DNA of 64,000 nucleotides from Polyangiales bacterium (GCA_044229975.1 JBGARZ010000003.1:448001-512000), one strand, 5' to 3'. Numbered from the stretch's first letter, positions 28,365 through 38,248 are shown. Numbers and translations are program-made. The notes: a model not told the origin generated them from the sequence alone.

Positions 28365-30194
28365 TCAGTGGGAGTGGTTGTGATGCGAGGTGTCGTCGAC
28401 GGGGCTCATGGTCGCGAGCCACGCCCGGGGACCAAGACGGAGAACGGTACCCGCAAGCAGCAGCGCCAGCACCACCGCCGCGCCCCATTCCCAGGCGTGG
28501 TGGTCGTGCGCCGCGAGCGTGTGGATCTCCGGCAGCGTCGCCGCCGAGACGAAGCGGTTGGCGAAGAACCCGAGCGCGATGGCGCCCACGAGCGACGCCG
28601 CCGCGAAGCTCCACGCGACGCGCGCGCCGAGGCTGCGACGGAGCATTCCCCACGCGGCCACGTTGGTCGCCGGACCCACGAGGAGAAACGCCAGCGCCGC
28701 GCCGGGTGACAGGCCCTTGTGGACCATCATCGCGGCGAGCGGCGTGGCCCCTTGGGCACACACGTAGATCGGAACCGCGGCGAGAGCCATGAGGGCTACG
28801 TCCCACCCGCCGACGAAGCGCGCGAAGGTCGACGGCGCGACGGCGGCTTCGAAGGCCGCGGCGAGGACGAGGCCGAAGACGTACCAGGCCGCGACGTGAT
28901 CGAGGCTCTCGCTCGCGGCCCGCAGCACGCCAGTCAGCGAGCGTTCGGGCGGGGGTGGCGCCTCGTCGGGCTTCGGCGCGGCGTGGGGGCGAGCCGGCGC
29001 AGTGAGCAGGCCGTGGCGCCGAACCACCTTCGGGGGAATGCGCAGCGGGACGCGCTTCGCCACGGCCGCGACGATCAGGGCCACGACCAGCGCGAGCACC
29101 GCGCCCGCGAGCACCCGCGTGACGGCGAGCGGCGCGCCCAGCAGGCGCCACGAGAGCACGAGGCCGCCCACGTCGAGCTCGGCGGTCGCCACGAGGAAGG
29201 CCGTCACCGCCGCCACCGGAACCGACGCGCGCAACATCCCCTGCGCCACGGGCACGACGCCGCAGGTACACAAGGGCAGCGGCATGCCGAAGACCATGCC
29301 GCGCAGCGCCTGCGACAGCGCCCCACCGCCGCGCAGCCACGCCTCGATCTTCGCTGGGAAGACGGTGCGCAGCGCGCCCGCCGCGAGCACACCGAGGAGC
29401 ATCGACGGGGCCGTCTCGATGAAGAGCGGCACCAGCGCAGCCTGCACCGAGAGCTCGGCGGGGTGGGCCAGCCGCAGGAGACCGCCAGGGTCAGGGATGG
29501 CCAAAGCCAGCGCGACACCACCGAGGAAGGCCGCGCCCGCGAATCCTCGGGCCACGCCGTTGGGCGGCGGCGGAGCGTGCGAGTGCATCGCGAGGCGGAG
29601 CATCGCCCCCACGCCCAGGGCGAGCGCTCCATCGAAGAGCTCTTCGGGGATGGCGTCGAGCAGCACCTGACCGAGCGCCGCGCCGACCACCGTCGAGAGC
29701 GCGAGCGCGAAGAGGGCCACCGTCGTCTTGCGGGCGCCCGATCGCGGCAGCATCGACGACGCGATGAAGAGCCCCTCGGGCATGCGGTGCAGGATGAGCG
29801 CCGCCGCGAGGCTCACCCCCACGCCGCGAGAAGAGAGCGCCACCGCGAGGGCCGCGCCGTCGCTCATGCCGTGGAGCGCGAGCATGGGGACGAGCAGACC
29901 GGCGCCAGCGCCCGCCTCAGGGTGGAAGGGGTGCGCGGCGGCGTGGTTGCTCGCGTGCGTCCGGCGATCGACCCACCAAAGGGCGCCGTACGCGGCGGCG
30001 GCGAGGACGATGGCGCGCGCACCGAGCGATCCCATCGCGTGGGGCAACATCTGGAGCGCCAGCACCGCTGGAACAAACCCCAGGCAAAACCCATCGAGGG
30101 CCGCCGAGGCAAGGGCCTGGCGGCGTCCGAGGGTGACCAGGGCCGCGCCGAGGAGCAGGCCGATCACGGAGAGCGCAAGCGCGGGGAGCAGCAC
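28365..30194 (-). CDS. Fusion of a ZIP-family metal transporter domain and a DUF318/ArsP-type permease
   Basis: N-half has ZIP motifs LHGMSDG and LHRMPEG. C-half has PLPLCTCGVVP, PIYVCAQGATP and GPATN. His-rich loops and an HHNHSH tail. Confidence 0.85.
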   Translation of the reverse strand: MLLPALALSVIGLLLGAALVTLGRRQALASAALDGFCLGFVPAVLALQMLPHAMGSLGARAIVLAAAAYGALWWVDRRTHASNHAAAHPFHPEAGAGAGLLVPMLALHGMSDGAALAVALSSRGVGVSLAAALILHRMPEGLFIASSMLPRSGARKTTVALFALALSTVVGAALGQVLLDAIPEELFDGALALGVGAMLRLAMHSHAPPPPNGVARGFAGAAFLGGVALALAIPDPGGLLRLAHPAELSVQAALVPLFIETAPSMLLGVLAAGALRTVFPAKIEAWLRGGGALSQALRGMVFGMPLPLCTCGVVPVAQGMLRASVPVAAVTAFLVATAELDVGGLVLSWRLLGAPLAVTRVLAGAVLALVVALIVAAVAKRVPLRIPPKVVRRHGLLTAPARPHAAPKPDEAPPPPERSLTGVLRAASESLDHVAAWYVFGLVLAAAFEAAVAPSTFARFVGGWDVALMALAAVPIYVCAQGATPLAAMMVHKGLSPGAALAFLLVGPATNVAAWGMLRRSLGARVAWSFAAASLVGAIALGFFANRFVSAATLPEIHTLAAHDHHAWEWGAAVVLALLLAGTVLRLGPRAWLATMSPVDDTSHHNHSH

Positions 30195-30202
30195 CGATCA
30201 GT

Positions 30203-30658
30203 TCACGCGCAGCGGTCGCAGAGGCCCTTGACCTGGATCTCCACCGTGCCGCCCTTGAGCGACTTGGGGAGGCCGCGGCCACCGGTGACATGGACGGTGT
30301 CGAGCGGCAGGCACTGCACCTCGCCGCAGTCGCCGCAGACGAAGTGCGGGTGCCTCGCGTCGGCGTGCTCGTCGCTCTTGCTCTCGCGGGCCAGCTCGAA
30401 TCGCCAGACGTGATCGCCCACGTCGGTGCGCTGCACCAACTTGGCCTCGGTGAGGTCGGTGAGGTTGCGGTAGATGGTCGCGCGGTCCCACCCCTGCGAA
30501 GCCAGCGTCGCCGCGAGCTCGGCGTGCGTCACCGGCGCCTGCGCGCCCTGGAGCTGCTGGATCACCGCCACCCGCGGCGCCGTCACCCGCAGACCCGTCG
30601 CCCGTATCCGGTCACGGATCTCGTCCGCAGTGTGGGTCACTGCCCTTCGCACCGTCAT
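30203..30658 (-). CDS. Fur-family transcriptional regulator (Zur-like)
   Basis: GLRVTAPR, DRATIYRNL, HPHFVCGDCG, C-terminal CDRC; GAGG RBS. Confidence 0.92.
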   Translation of the reverse strand: MTVRRAVTHTADEIRDRIRATGLRVTAPRVAVIQQLQGAQAPVTHAELAATLASQGWDRATIYRNLTDLTEAKLVQRTDVGDHVWRFELARESKSDEHADARHPHFVCGDCGEVQCLPLDTVHVTGGRGLPKSLKGGTVEIQVKGLCDRCA

Positions 30659-30680
30659 CAACCTCACCTCGGCCGTGATG

Positions 30681-32078
30681 CTACTGCAATTCCGTCGCAA
30701 TCGAAACACGCCTTCGACGGCGCATCGCGAGCGCGGCCAGGGCGAGCGCCCACGGTGCACCGACCGCGCGTGTGCCGCCGACGTGGCAGCCACAGTCACT
30801 GACCACGGGAGGACGCACGACGCCCGCATCGATGGGAGCGGTGCCTGCGTCGATGGGGGCGGTGCCCGTGTCGACGACGACGGGGCGATCGGTGACGGGC
30901 GCGGCGACATCGGTCGCGACGGTCGCGTCGGTGCGGGTGCCTGCGTCGGGGCGACGCGGCGGTTCGAGCGTGGAGCGGAAGCCGGCCCACCGGTCGGAGC
31001 AGATGGACGTTCCGGCGGAGGGGGTGGCGCAGACGGGCGGACCGAGGACGTCCTCGAAGCGAAGGACTCCCTCGAAGTGTTCGCCTCCATCCATGGAGCG
31101 ACCGAGCGCCCATGGTTGGGAGGTCCAGTCGGTGACGATCCAGAGGGCGCCGCCGTGGTAGCGCAGGCCGTTGACGGGGATGGTCGAGACCTGGGTGAAG
31201 TGCATCCCTCGGTCGGTCGAGCGGTAGAGTCCGTCCTCGGCCGAGCCGTACCAGACCGTGGCCCCGTCGTCGGAGATGGCGAAGCCGAGCATCGGGTCGG
31301 GGAGGCGAGCGACGATGTCGAAGTGGGTTCCGCCGTCGCTGCTACGGAGCAGGCGCGTGGCGAAGACGTCGAGCACGCGGAGGTACACGACGTCGGCGTC
31401 GGTGGGGTCGATGCCGGAGACGAAGGCGCGGTCGCCGAGGGACTGGTCGGGCGAGAGGCCGCGGAGGGTCACGCCGCGGTCGTCGCTCCGAACGAGTCGC
31501 GGAGTCTGCGACGCGGTGGTGTCGTACCCGGTGGCGTAGACGCGATCGGTGCGCGAGGGGGCGACCTCCAGCGTGACGAAGAGGAGGCGTTCGAGCCCTT
31601 CGCCCATGCGCTGGAAGGAGAGCGTTGTGTCAGCGCGGAGCACATAGGCACGCGAGCCCGTGGTGCTCTCGGTCGCGTAGAGGACGTTGCCGTCGGGGGT
31701 GCTGGTGAGGTCGGTGATCTCGTGGCCGGAGACGCTGCCGAGGTTGGGTGAGTCGCAGCCGTCCGTGAGCGCGTGGGCGCCGACCTCGAAGCCGACGACG
31801 ATCTCGCCGTTGGCGTTGATCTCGACGGAGGGGTCGAGGTTTCCGCCCGGGATGTAGTCGTAATAGAGCAGGTCTTCGCAGAACCAATAGAAGGTGCGCC
31901 CGCCGTCGCGGCTCACCAGCAGGCCGAAGGTGGTGCGCAGCGCGATGATGTCCGAGCGGACGCCGGGGCCGAGGACGACCTGCTGCGCCGTGGGGAAGCG
32001 ACCGTTGGCGAGCGCGGGGGGAGCGCCGAGCGAGAGGGCCAACGCGAGGAGGAGACCGTGACCGAGAGAGCGCTTCAC
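30681..32078 (-). CDS. Exported BNR/Asp-box beta-propeller protein with MYXO-CTERM-like tail
   Basis: ANGRFP mature start; repeated SxDxG.TF Asp-boxes; CGC..GG + hydrophobic stretch + RRRRR tail. Confidence 0.85.
   Translation of the reverse strand: MKRSLGHGLLLALALSLGAPPALANGRFPTAQQVVLGPGVRSDIIALRTTFGLLVSRDGGRTFYWFCEDLLYYDYIPGGNLDPSVEINANGEIVVGFEVGAHALTDGCDSPNLGSVSGHEITDLTSTPDGNVLYATESTTGSRAYVLRADTTLSFQRMGEGLERLLFVTLEVAPSRTDRVYATGYDTTASQTPRLVRSDDRGVTLRGLSPDQSLGDRAFVSGIDPTDADVVYLRVLDVFATRLLRSSDGGTHFDIVARLPDPMLGFAISDDGATVWYGSAEDGLYRSTDRGMHFTQVSTIPVNGLRYHGGALWIVTDWTSQPWALGRSMDGGEHFEGVLRFEDVLGPPVCATPSAGTSICSDRWAGFRSTLEPPRRPDAGTRTDATVATDVAAPVTDRPVVVDTGTAPIDAGTAPIDAGVVRPPVVSDCGCHVGGTRAVGAPWALALAALAMRRRRRVSIATELQ
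30685..30699. promoter_or_regulatory. Second copy of the TGCAA-N5-TTGCA palindrome (1 mismatch) upstream of the Fur-family gene
   Basis: TGCAA-ttccg-TCGCA, about 27-41 bp upstream of the fur start. Confidence 0.55.
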
Positions 32079-32152
32079 GTTGGTAGAGGTGACGCGTACG
32101 GGAGATCCGCGTCACTCGCAAGGCGCGACCCGACGGCGATACCATCACGCCC

Positions 32153-32923
32153 ATGCACTCCCCCCTCGCGCTCGACGACGTCGGCCACGGCGACCCCTGG
32201 GTGCTCCTGCACTCCTTCCCCATCGACCGCCGCATGTGGTCGGCGCAGTCCGTCGCCCTCGCCGCCGCGGGTCATCGCGTCATCGCGGTCGACCTGCCCG
32301 GCTTCGGCGCCTCCCCTCCCCTCGTCACCGACGCGCCTTCGCTCGACGGCTACGTCGACGCCGTGCTCACCACGCTCGACCACCTCGCGCTCGACCGCGT
32401 CACCGTGCTCGGCCTCTCGCTCGGTGGGTACGTCGCGCTGCGCCTCGCCGCCCGCGCCCCCGAGCGACTCCGCGCATTGGTGCTCGCCGACACCCGCGCG
32501 GCCGGCGATAGCCCCGAGACGCGCGCGAGCCGCGTGCTCAACCTGGGACTCGTTCGCTCCAAGGGTCCGGCGGCGCTCATCGAGAAGATGCTCCCGCACC
32601 TGCTCGCGCCGGGCGCGCCCGAGGCGTTGCGATCGACGCTGCGAGCGTGGGCCGCCGAGCAGTCCGCGGAGGGCGTCACCCACGCGCTGCTTGCCATGCG
32701 CGACCGGCCCGACGCGTCGGCGGTGCTCCCGACGCTGCGCGGCCCGACGTTGCTCGTGGTCGGAGAGCACGACGGCATCACGCCACCGAGCGAGCACGGC
32801 ACCATGGCGACGGCCATCGCGGGAGCGCGGGTGGAGGTCATCGCGGGCGCGGGGCATCTCTCCAACCTGGAGCGCCCCGATGAGTTCAACCGGGCGGTGA
32901 TCCAGTTCGCGCGGCCGTCTTGA
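32153..32923 (+). CDS. Alpha/beta hydrolase (PcaD-like)
   Basis: DLPGFG, GLSLGG, GEHD, AGHLSNLE. Confidence 0.92.
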   Translation: MHSPLALDDVGHGDPWVLLHSFPIDRRMWSAQSVALAAAGHRVIAVDLPGFGASPPLVTDAPSLDGYVDAVLTTLDHLALDRVTVLGLSLGGYVALRLAARAPERLRALVLADTRAAGDSPETRASRVLNLGLVRSKGPAALIEKMLPHLLAPGAPEALRSTLRAWAAEQSAEGVTHALLAMRDRPDASAVLPTLRGPTLLVVGEHDGITPPSEHGTMATAIAGARVEVIAGAGHLSNLERPDEFNRAVIQFARPS

Positions 32924-33218
32924 GCGCGCGCTCCATGCGGTCGATCTGGCCGTCGATGGCGTCGAGGCGGCGCGGAGCGAACTCCCGGTCGAGCCACTTC
33001 CCGCTCAGCAGCACGAAGCCCACCGCAGCCAGATATCCGGTCGCCGCGGGCCAGCCCAACCACAGGTGCACCAGCCACCCGAGGCCATAGCCCGCGCCGA
33101 AGCAGACCAGCACCGTCGGGATGAGCGCGTCGTGGCGGTGCGCCTCCCACCACGAGATGCGATCGAAGAGCTGCTTGCGCTGACGGCGGAGGTCATCGAG
33201 GGAGGGCGGTGCGGCCAT
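32886..33218 (-). CDS. Small two-TM membrane protein
   Basis: ATG start and two hydrophobic segments flanked by helical ends. Confidence 0.6.
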   Translation of the reverse strand: MAAPPSLDDLRRQRKQLFDRISWWEAHRHDALIPTVLVCFGAGYGLGWLVHLWLGWPAATGYLAAVGFVLLSGKWLDREFAPRRLDAIDGQIDRMERALKTAARTGSPPG

Positions 33219-33356
33219 GTCGGGGATGGCGGCACTCTATCCAGCTCGGGCACCGGGGCAACGCCCCATCGCGCATGGGCTTGTCGCGCGTCTCCCATCG
33301 CGGGCACCATCGTCGGCCGACGGGCTCAACGCCTCCCAGACAAAGGACGACAGACG

Positions 33357-34160
33357 ATGGCCGACGCGACGCTGGTGAAGCCGGGCAGCAAGGTGAAGCT
33401 GAAGGACCACGACCCGGGCGACACCCGCGGCGTGAAGGACAAGGACGACGCGCTGGAGCAGCTCGACAAGTGCCGCGTCCAGATGTGCGAGTTGCAGGAG
33501 CGCCTCTACGCCGAGAACAAGCGCGCGTTGCTGGTGGTGCTCCAGGCGATGGACACGGGCGGCAAGGACGGGACGGTCAAGAGCGTGCTGTCGGGGGTCA
33601 ACCCGACGGGCGTGGAGATCGTCAGCTTCAAGGCTCCGTCCGAGGAGGAGCGCGACCACGACTTCCTCTGGCGGGTGCATCAGAAGGTTCCGCGGCGGGG
33701 CAACATCGGGATCTTCAACCGCTCGCACTACGAGGACGTGCTCATCGCGCGGGTGCACGAGTTCGCGCCCGCCAAGGAGATCGAGAAGCGGTACGAGGTC
33801 ATCAACCGCTTCGAGGAGAACCTCGCCGACACCGGGACGACGGTGCTGAAGTTCTTCCTCAACATCTCCAAGGACGAACAGAAGCGGCGGCTCGAAGAGC
33901 GCCTCGCCGACGAGGAGAAGATCTGGAAGTTCGACCTCGGCGACATCCGCGAGCGCGAGAAATGGGCGGAATACCAGCAGTCCTACGAGATCGCCCTCTC
34001 GCGGTGTTCTACGAAAGCCGCCCCCTGGTACATCGTTCCCGCAGACCGGAAGTGGTACCGAAACCTCGTGGTGGCAAAGGCCATCGTCGACACGCTGCGG
34101 AACATGGACCCCAGGCCCCCGAAGGCCACCTTCGACCCCTCCACGATCAAGATCACCTGA
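33357..34160 (+). CDS. ppk2: Polyphosphate kinase 2 family protein (class III-like)
   Basis: QAMDTGGKDG, HDFLWR, FNRSHYEDVL, PWYIVPADRKWYRN. Confidence 0.95.
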   Translation: MADATLVKPGSKVKLKDHDPGDTRGVKDKDDALEQLDKCRVQMCELQERLYAENKRALLVVLQAMDTGGKDGTVKSVLSGVNPTGVEIVSFKAPSEEERDHDFLWRVHQKVPRRGNIGIFNRSHYEDVLIARVHEFAPAKEIEKRYEVINRFEENLADTGTTVLKFFLNISKDEQKRRLEERLADEEKIWKFDLGDIREREKWAEYQQSYEIALSRCSTKAAPWYIVPADRKWYRNLVVAKAIVDTLRNMDPRPPKATFDPSTIKIT

Positions 34161-34267
34161 GCCCTTCACCGACGCTGCGGTGCGTCGCGTGTGTCTGGTA
34201 GTGTCGGCCCACCGCGCGGCGCGTCGGGTCATTCGAGGCCCCGCTGCCCGCCCGTCGGAGGTGTCTC

Positions 34268-35320
34268 GTGCAGCGTTCGTGGTTGGCCCCGCTGGTGTTG
34301 TTCGGTGCCCTGTCGATCACCCGCGCAGCCAGCGCGCAGGTCCCCCCGGAGGGAGGGCCCTCGGTCGCCGATCGCGCCGAGGCGCGCCGACACTTCCAGC
34401 TCGGCGTCGCGGCCTACACCGGCAGCCGCTGGGCCGCCGCGCTCGAAGAGTTCCAGCGCGCCTACCGCCTCGCGCCGCACCCGTCGGTGCGCGTCAACAT
34501 CGCCAACTGCTTCGTGCACCTCGACCGCCCCACCGACGCGCTCTTCCACTTCGAGCAGTTTCTCGCCGAGAGCCCCTCCGCCCCCGACGCGCAGGTCACC
34601 GAGGTCGAGTCGCAGATCAACCAGCTCCGCACCCGCGTCGGTGAGCTTCAGCTCGTCGTGACGCCCGCCAACGCCGCGGGCCTCGCGGTCACCCTCGACG
34701 GGCAGGCCGTCTCGCTCGGCCGCCCCCTCCACGTCGCGCCTGGCCATCACGTCGTCGAGGCGCTCGCCGAGGGCCACACGACCCTCCGCCGCGAGATCGA
34801 CGCCGCCGCGGGCCAGGCCCAGGTGCTCACCCTCGCGCTCGAATCCACCGCCCCGCCGACCCCGCCGCCGACGCCGGTCCCCATCGTCGCGCCGCCGCCG
34901 ACGCCCGTCGTCGTCGCGCCCGACCCCGTGCCGCCACCCGTCGCCGCGCCCGTCGACACCACCCGCCGCGGTCCGCCGCCGGCGGTCTTCTACGCCGTCG
35001 CAGGCGTGACCGGCGTCGCCGCCATAGGGTGGATCACCGCGGGCGCCCTCGCCCTCTCCGCCGACTCGGACTTCAACGCCACCGTCAACGAGGTCCAGAC
35101 CGGCAGCGGCAACCTCGCGACCCTGCAAGCGCGCGGGCGGGACGAGGCCGCGCGGGCGTCGCAGCTCGCGACGTGGTCGGATGTCGCGATGGGCGTCACG
35201 CTCGTCGGCGCCGCCGCCTCCGTGGTGCTCTTCCTGAAGACGGACTTCCGTAGCCCCGTGACCGTCGGCGCCTCGGCCTCGGCTGGGCGTGGTCTTCTCA
35301 CCGTCGGAGGGAGTTTCTAG
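34268..35320 (+). CDS. Exported TPR + PEGA domain protein
   Basis: Signal peptide, TPR (ARRHFQLG...EEFQRAY), PEGA (VTLDG..VAPGHHVV), Pro-rich linker and C-terminal hydrophobic segments. Confidence 0.85.
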   Translation: MQRSWLAPLVLFGALSITRAASAQVPPEGGPSVADRAEARRHFQLGVAAYTGSRWAAALEEFQRAYRLAPHPSVRVNIANCFVHLDRPTDALFHFEQFLAESPSAPDAQVTEVESQINQLRTRVGELQLVVTPANAAGLAVTLDGQAVSLGRPLHVAPGHHVVEALAEGHTTLRREIDAAAGQAQVLTLALESTAPPTPPPTPVPIVAPPPTPVVVAPDPVPPPVAAPVDTTRRGPPPAVFYAVAGVTGVAAIGWITAGALALSADSDFNATVNEVQTGSGNLATLQARGRDEAARASQLATWSDVAMGVTLVGAAASVVLFLKTDFRSPVTVGASASAGRGLLTVGGSF

Positions 35321-35322
35321 CC

Positions 35323-37263
35323 ATGCAGCGCTCCTGGTTGGTCGCCTGCGCGACCCTGCTCTGTTCGTGCTCGGTGCTCGTCGACCCCGACAACTCGCGC
35401 CTCGACCGCTTCAGCACCGTCGTCGACTCGGGCACCACCGTCGACCGCCCCGCGCCCGTCGATCGTGCCGAGGACGTCCCCGCCCTCGACGTCGTCGCGA
35501 TCGATGTGCCCGACGCACCGCCCGTCGACGTGGTCACCCCCGACGCGCCCGACGTGCCCGCGCCCGACGTGCCCGCGCCCGACGTGGTCACCGCCGACAC
35601 GCCCGACGCGCCGATAGGTGACGTCCCGACCTCGCGCTGCACCACCTCCTGCGACGACGGCGTGGAGTGCACCGCCGACTCCTGCAACGAGGCGACCGCG
35701 ACCTGCGTCCACCGCACCGACGACACCGTCTGCGGCGCGCGCGAGCGCTGCGACGCGACCATGGACTGCGTTCGCGTGGACTGCACCGGCGACGCCGACT
35801 GCCAGGACGACACGCTCTGCAACGGCCGCGAGCGCTGCATGGCCAACCGCTGCGTGCCGGGCACCGCGGTCGAGTGCGGCGACGCCGTGGAGTGCACCGT
35901 CGACGCGTGTGATCCGGCCACCGGCATGTGCTCGCACACCGCCGACACGGCGCGCTGCGACGACGGCACATTCTGCAACGGCGCGGAGACGTGCAACCCC
36001 ACCATGGGCTGCCAGTCGGGCGCCGCGCCGGTGTGCGACGACCGCATCGAGTGCACGGCCGACCGCTGCGACGAGACCATGCGGCGCTGCGTGTACGCGC
36101 CCAACCCCTCGGCGTGCGCGGCGCCGGGCCCGTGCGTCACCGCGACCTGCGACCCGATGATGGGTTGCCGCAACACCCCCATCGCGGACTACTGCACCAG
36201 CTTCTGCGGCGGCGGCGCGGCCTGCGATACGACCACCGGGCGCTGCGGCACGGGCGTCCCCCGCGATTGCAGCGACGGCACGGCGTGCACCACCGACCGC
36301 TGCGACCCGACGGCGATGATGTGCCGCTCGACCCCGGTCGACGCCGACGGTGACGGCTTCGCCGCGGCCGCCGTGGGCGGGACGACGTGTCCCAGCGGCA
36401 ACGACTGCAACGACGCCGACCCGGCGATCAACCGCTCGGCCACCGAGCGCTGCAACATGATCGACGACGACTGCGACGGCGCCGTCGACGAGGACGGCGT
36501 CTGCATCGTGCCGGGCGAAGACTGCGCCCACGCCATCGCGCTCGCCCTCACGGGGACGACCACCACGCTCACGCGCACCGGCACCACGCTCGGGAGCACC
36601 AGCGACTTCACCAGCTCGTGCAGCGGCGCGGGGCCCGACCTCGTGTACGCCGTGACGCTACCCGGCGACGCCGACCTGCTCATCGAGGCGACGCCGACCG
36701 GTGGCAGCGACCCGGTGGTGTCGGTGCGCGACACCTGCGGGGGGCCTGAGCTCGGGTGCAACGACGATGCGACCCAGCGCGCCAATGACGCGCGGGTGTT
36801 CTTGCGGGCGAGGCCGACGAGCGGGACGCGCACCGTGTTCGTGGTGGTCGACGAGGTGGGCACCCGCGGCGGGCCCTTCACGCTTCGCCTCTCCCGCAGC
36901 ACCGCCGTCGCACCGGCCACGTGCAACACCAGCGGCCTCTTCAACGTCACGGCGGGCGGAACGGTCATCGGCCGCACCTCCACCGGCAACGGCAGCCACT
37001 ACGCGACCTGCGGCGGCTTCGGCAACGGCGAGGACGTGATGTTCTTCAACGCCACGTCGCGCATGGCGGTCAACTTCCTCCTGGTGACGGGCAACCAGGT
37101 CGCCTACGTGCGACAGAACCAGTGCGCCGGCATCCAGGCCAGGCAGCTCGCGTGCTTCACGGGCTCGTCGCGCACCACGCTCGACGCGGGCTCCACCTGG
37201 ATCATGGTCGACGCCACGAACAACTCGGGCGAGGGCTTCTACATCTTCCGGGTGCAGCCGTGA
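35323..37263 (+). CDS. Cys-rich repeat surface lipoprotein
   Basis: Multiple CDDG..CT.D.C repeats, a MopE-related motif (DADGDGF...DCNDAD...ERCNMIDDDCDG) and C-terminal beta domains (GPDLVY). Confidence 0.85.
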   Translation: MQRSWLVACATLLCSCSVLVDPDNSRLDRFSTVVDSGTTVDRPAPVDRAEDVPALDVVAIDVPDAPPVDVVTPDAPDVPAPDVPAPDVVTADTPDAPIGDVPTSRCTTSCDDGVECTADSCNEATATCVHRTDDTVCGARERCDATMDCVRVDCTGDADCQDDTLCNGRERCMANRCVPGTAVECGDAVECTVDACDPATGMCSHTADTARCDDGTFCNGAETCNPTMGCQSGAAPVCDDRIECTADRCDETMRRCVYAPNPSACAAPGPCVTATCDPMMGCRNTPIADYCTSFCGGGAACDTTTGRCGTGVPRDCSDGTACTTDRCDPTAMMCRSTPVDADGDGFAAAAVGGTTCPSGNDCNDADPAINRSATERCNMIDDDCDGAVDEDGVCIVPGEDCAHAIALALTGTTTTLTRTGTTLGSTSDFTSSCSGAGPDLVYAVTLPGDADLLIEATPTGGSDPVVSVRDTCGGPELGCNDDATQRANDARVFLRARPTSGTRTVFVVVDEVGTRGGPFTLRLSRSTAVAPATCNTSGLFNVTAGGTVIGRTSTGNGSHYATCGGFGNGEDVMFFNATSRMAVNFLLVTGNQVAYVRQNQCAGIQARQLACFTGSSRTTLDAGSTWIMVDATNNSGEGFYIFRVQP

Positions 37264-37282
37264 TGCAGGCTGTTCGTGCGCC

Positions 37283-38248
37283 TTGCACCCCTCTGTTCAG
37301 CGGGCTATCAACGTTGCGATGACCGCGGCGGGCACAGGCGACGAGCTCGATACCCTGCGCGCTCGCGCCGAACAGGCGCTCCAGCGCGACCTCCCCAAGG
37401 AGCATGTGAGGGGCCTCCTCGAAGCCCTCGCCGCGCGGGCGAGCGACGACAGCCCCGAGGCGTGCTTCGCCAACCGGCACCTCGCCGAGAGCCTCCTCGA
37501 AGAGAGCCCGTGGCGAGCCGCGCTGCACCTGAGGCGGCTGCTGAAATCGTCCCCCGAAGACGACGCGGCCCACGCCCTCATGGGGCTCTCCCAGGCGCTC
37601 CAGGCCAACTACCGCATGGCGGTGTCGTCGTTTCGCAGAGCCGTCGCCATCTCGCCTTCCAACCCCTGGTACCACCACAACCTCGGTCACCTCCTCGACG
37701 TCGCGCTCAGCCAGCCGGCGAGCGCGCTGCCGCACCTCCAGCGCGCCTTCAAGGCGCAGCCCTCGCAAGAAGAGGTGGGCGCCTCGTACGCGCAGTGCCT
37801 CGGCCGCCTCGGGCGCTGCGCCGAGGGCCTCGACGTGGTCATCGCGCTCCTACAGAAGCACCCGCGTCACAGCGATCTGCTCGCCCTCCGTAGCTGGCTC
37901 GAACGTGGTGCCCCGGCAGGCACCCGCAGCGCCTCCAAGACCCCTGGCCGGCGGCGCACCGAAAACGCCGACGACTCGGCGCGCGAGATGATCCGCGCGA
38001 CCTTGAGCAAGCTCGCCCGCCCGGTCGCACACGTCGACGAGGCCCTGCGGGCGTGGGCGTCGTACGCGGCCGCCTCGACCGGCGAAGCGATGCTCGATCG
38101 CCCCACGCTCGCGGCGCTCGACTACATCGCGGCGCGGCGACTCGGGCAGCGCGTGACGCAGAAGCATGTGGCGCTGGAGCATGACGTGACGGCCAACGCG
38201 CTCTCCGCGCGGTACTCGCGCATCCGACTGCGTCTGCTCGGCGCCTAG
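37283..38248 (+). CDS. TPR protein with a C-terminal TFIIB-like HTH segment
   Basis: TPRs (AHALMG, PSNPWYHHNLG); tail LAALDYIA...VTQKHVALEHDVTANALSARYSRI. Start may be at 37319. Confidence 0.75.
   Translation: MHPSVQRAINVAMTAAGTGDELDTLRARAEQALQRDLPKEHVRGLLEALAARASDDSPEACFANRHLAESLLEESPWRAALHLRRLLKSSPEDDAAHALMGLSQALQANYRMAVSSFRRAVAISPSNPWYHHNLGHLLDVALSQPASALPHLQRAFKAQPSQEEVGASYAQCLGRLGRCAEGLDVVIALLQKHPRHSDLLALRSWLERGAPAGTRSASKTPGRRRTENADDSAREMIRATLSKLARPVAHVDEALRAWASYAAASTGEAMLDRPTLAALDYIAARRLGQRVTQKHVALEHDVTANALSARYSRIRLRLLGA

Noticed and set aside
28339..29340. N-terminal extension of the 671 aa esterase ORF
   Set aside because: Overlaps the permease in another frame; the lipoprotein signal starts at 28338.
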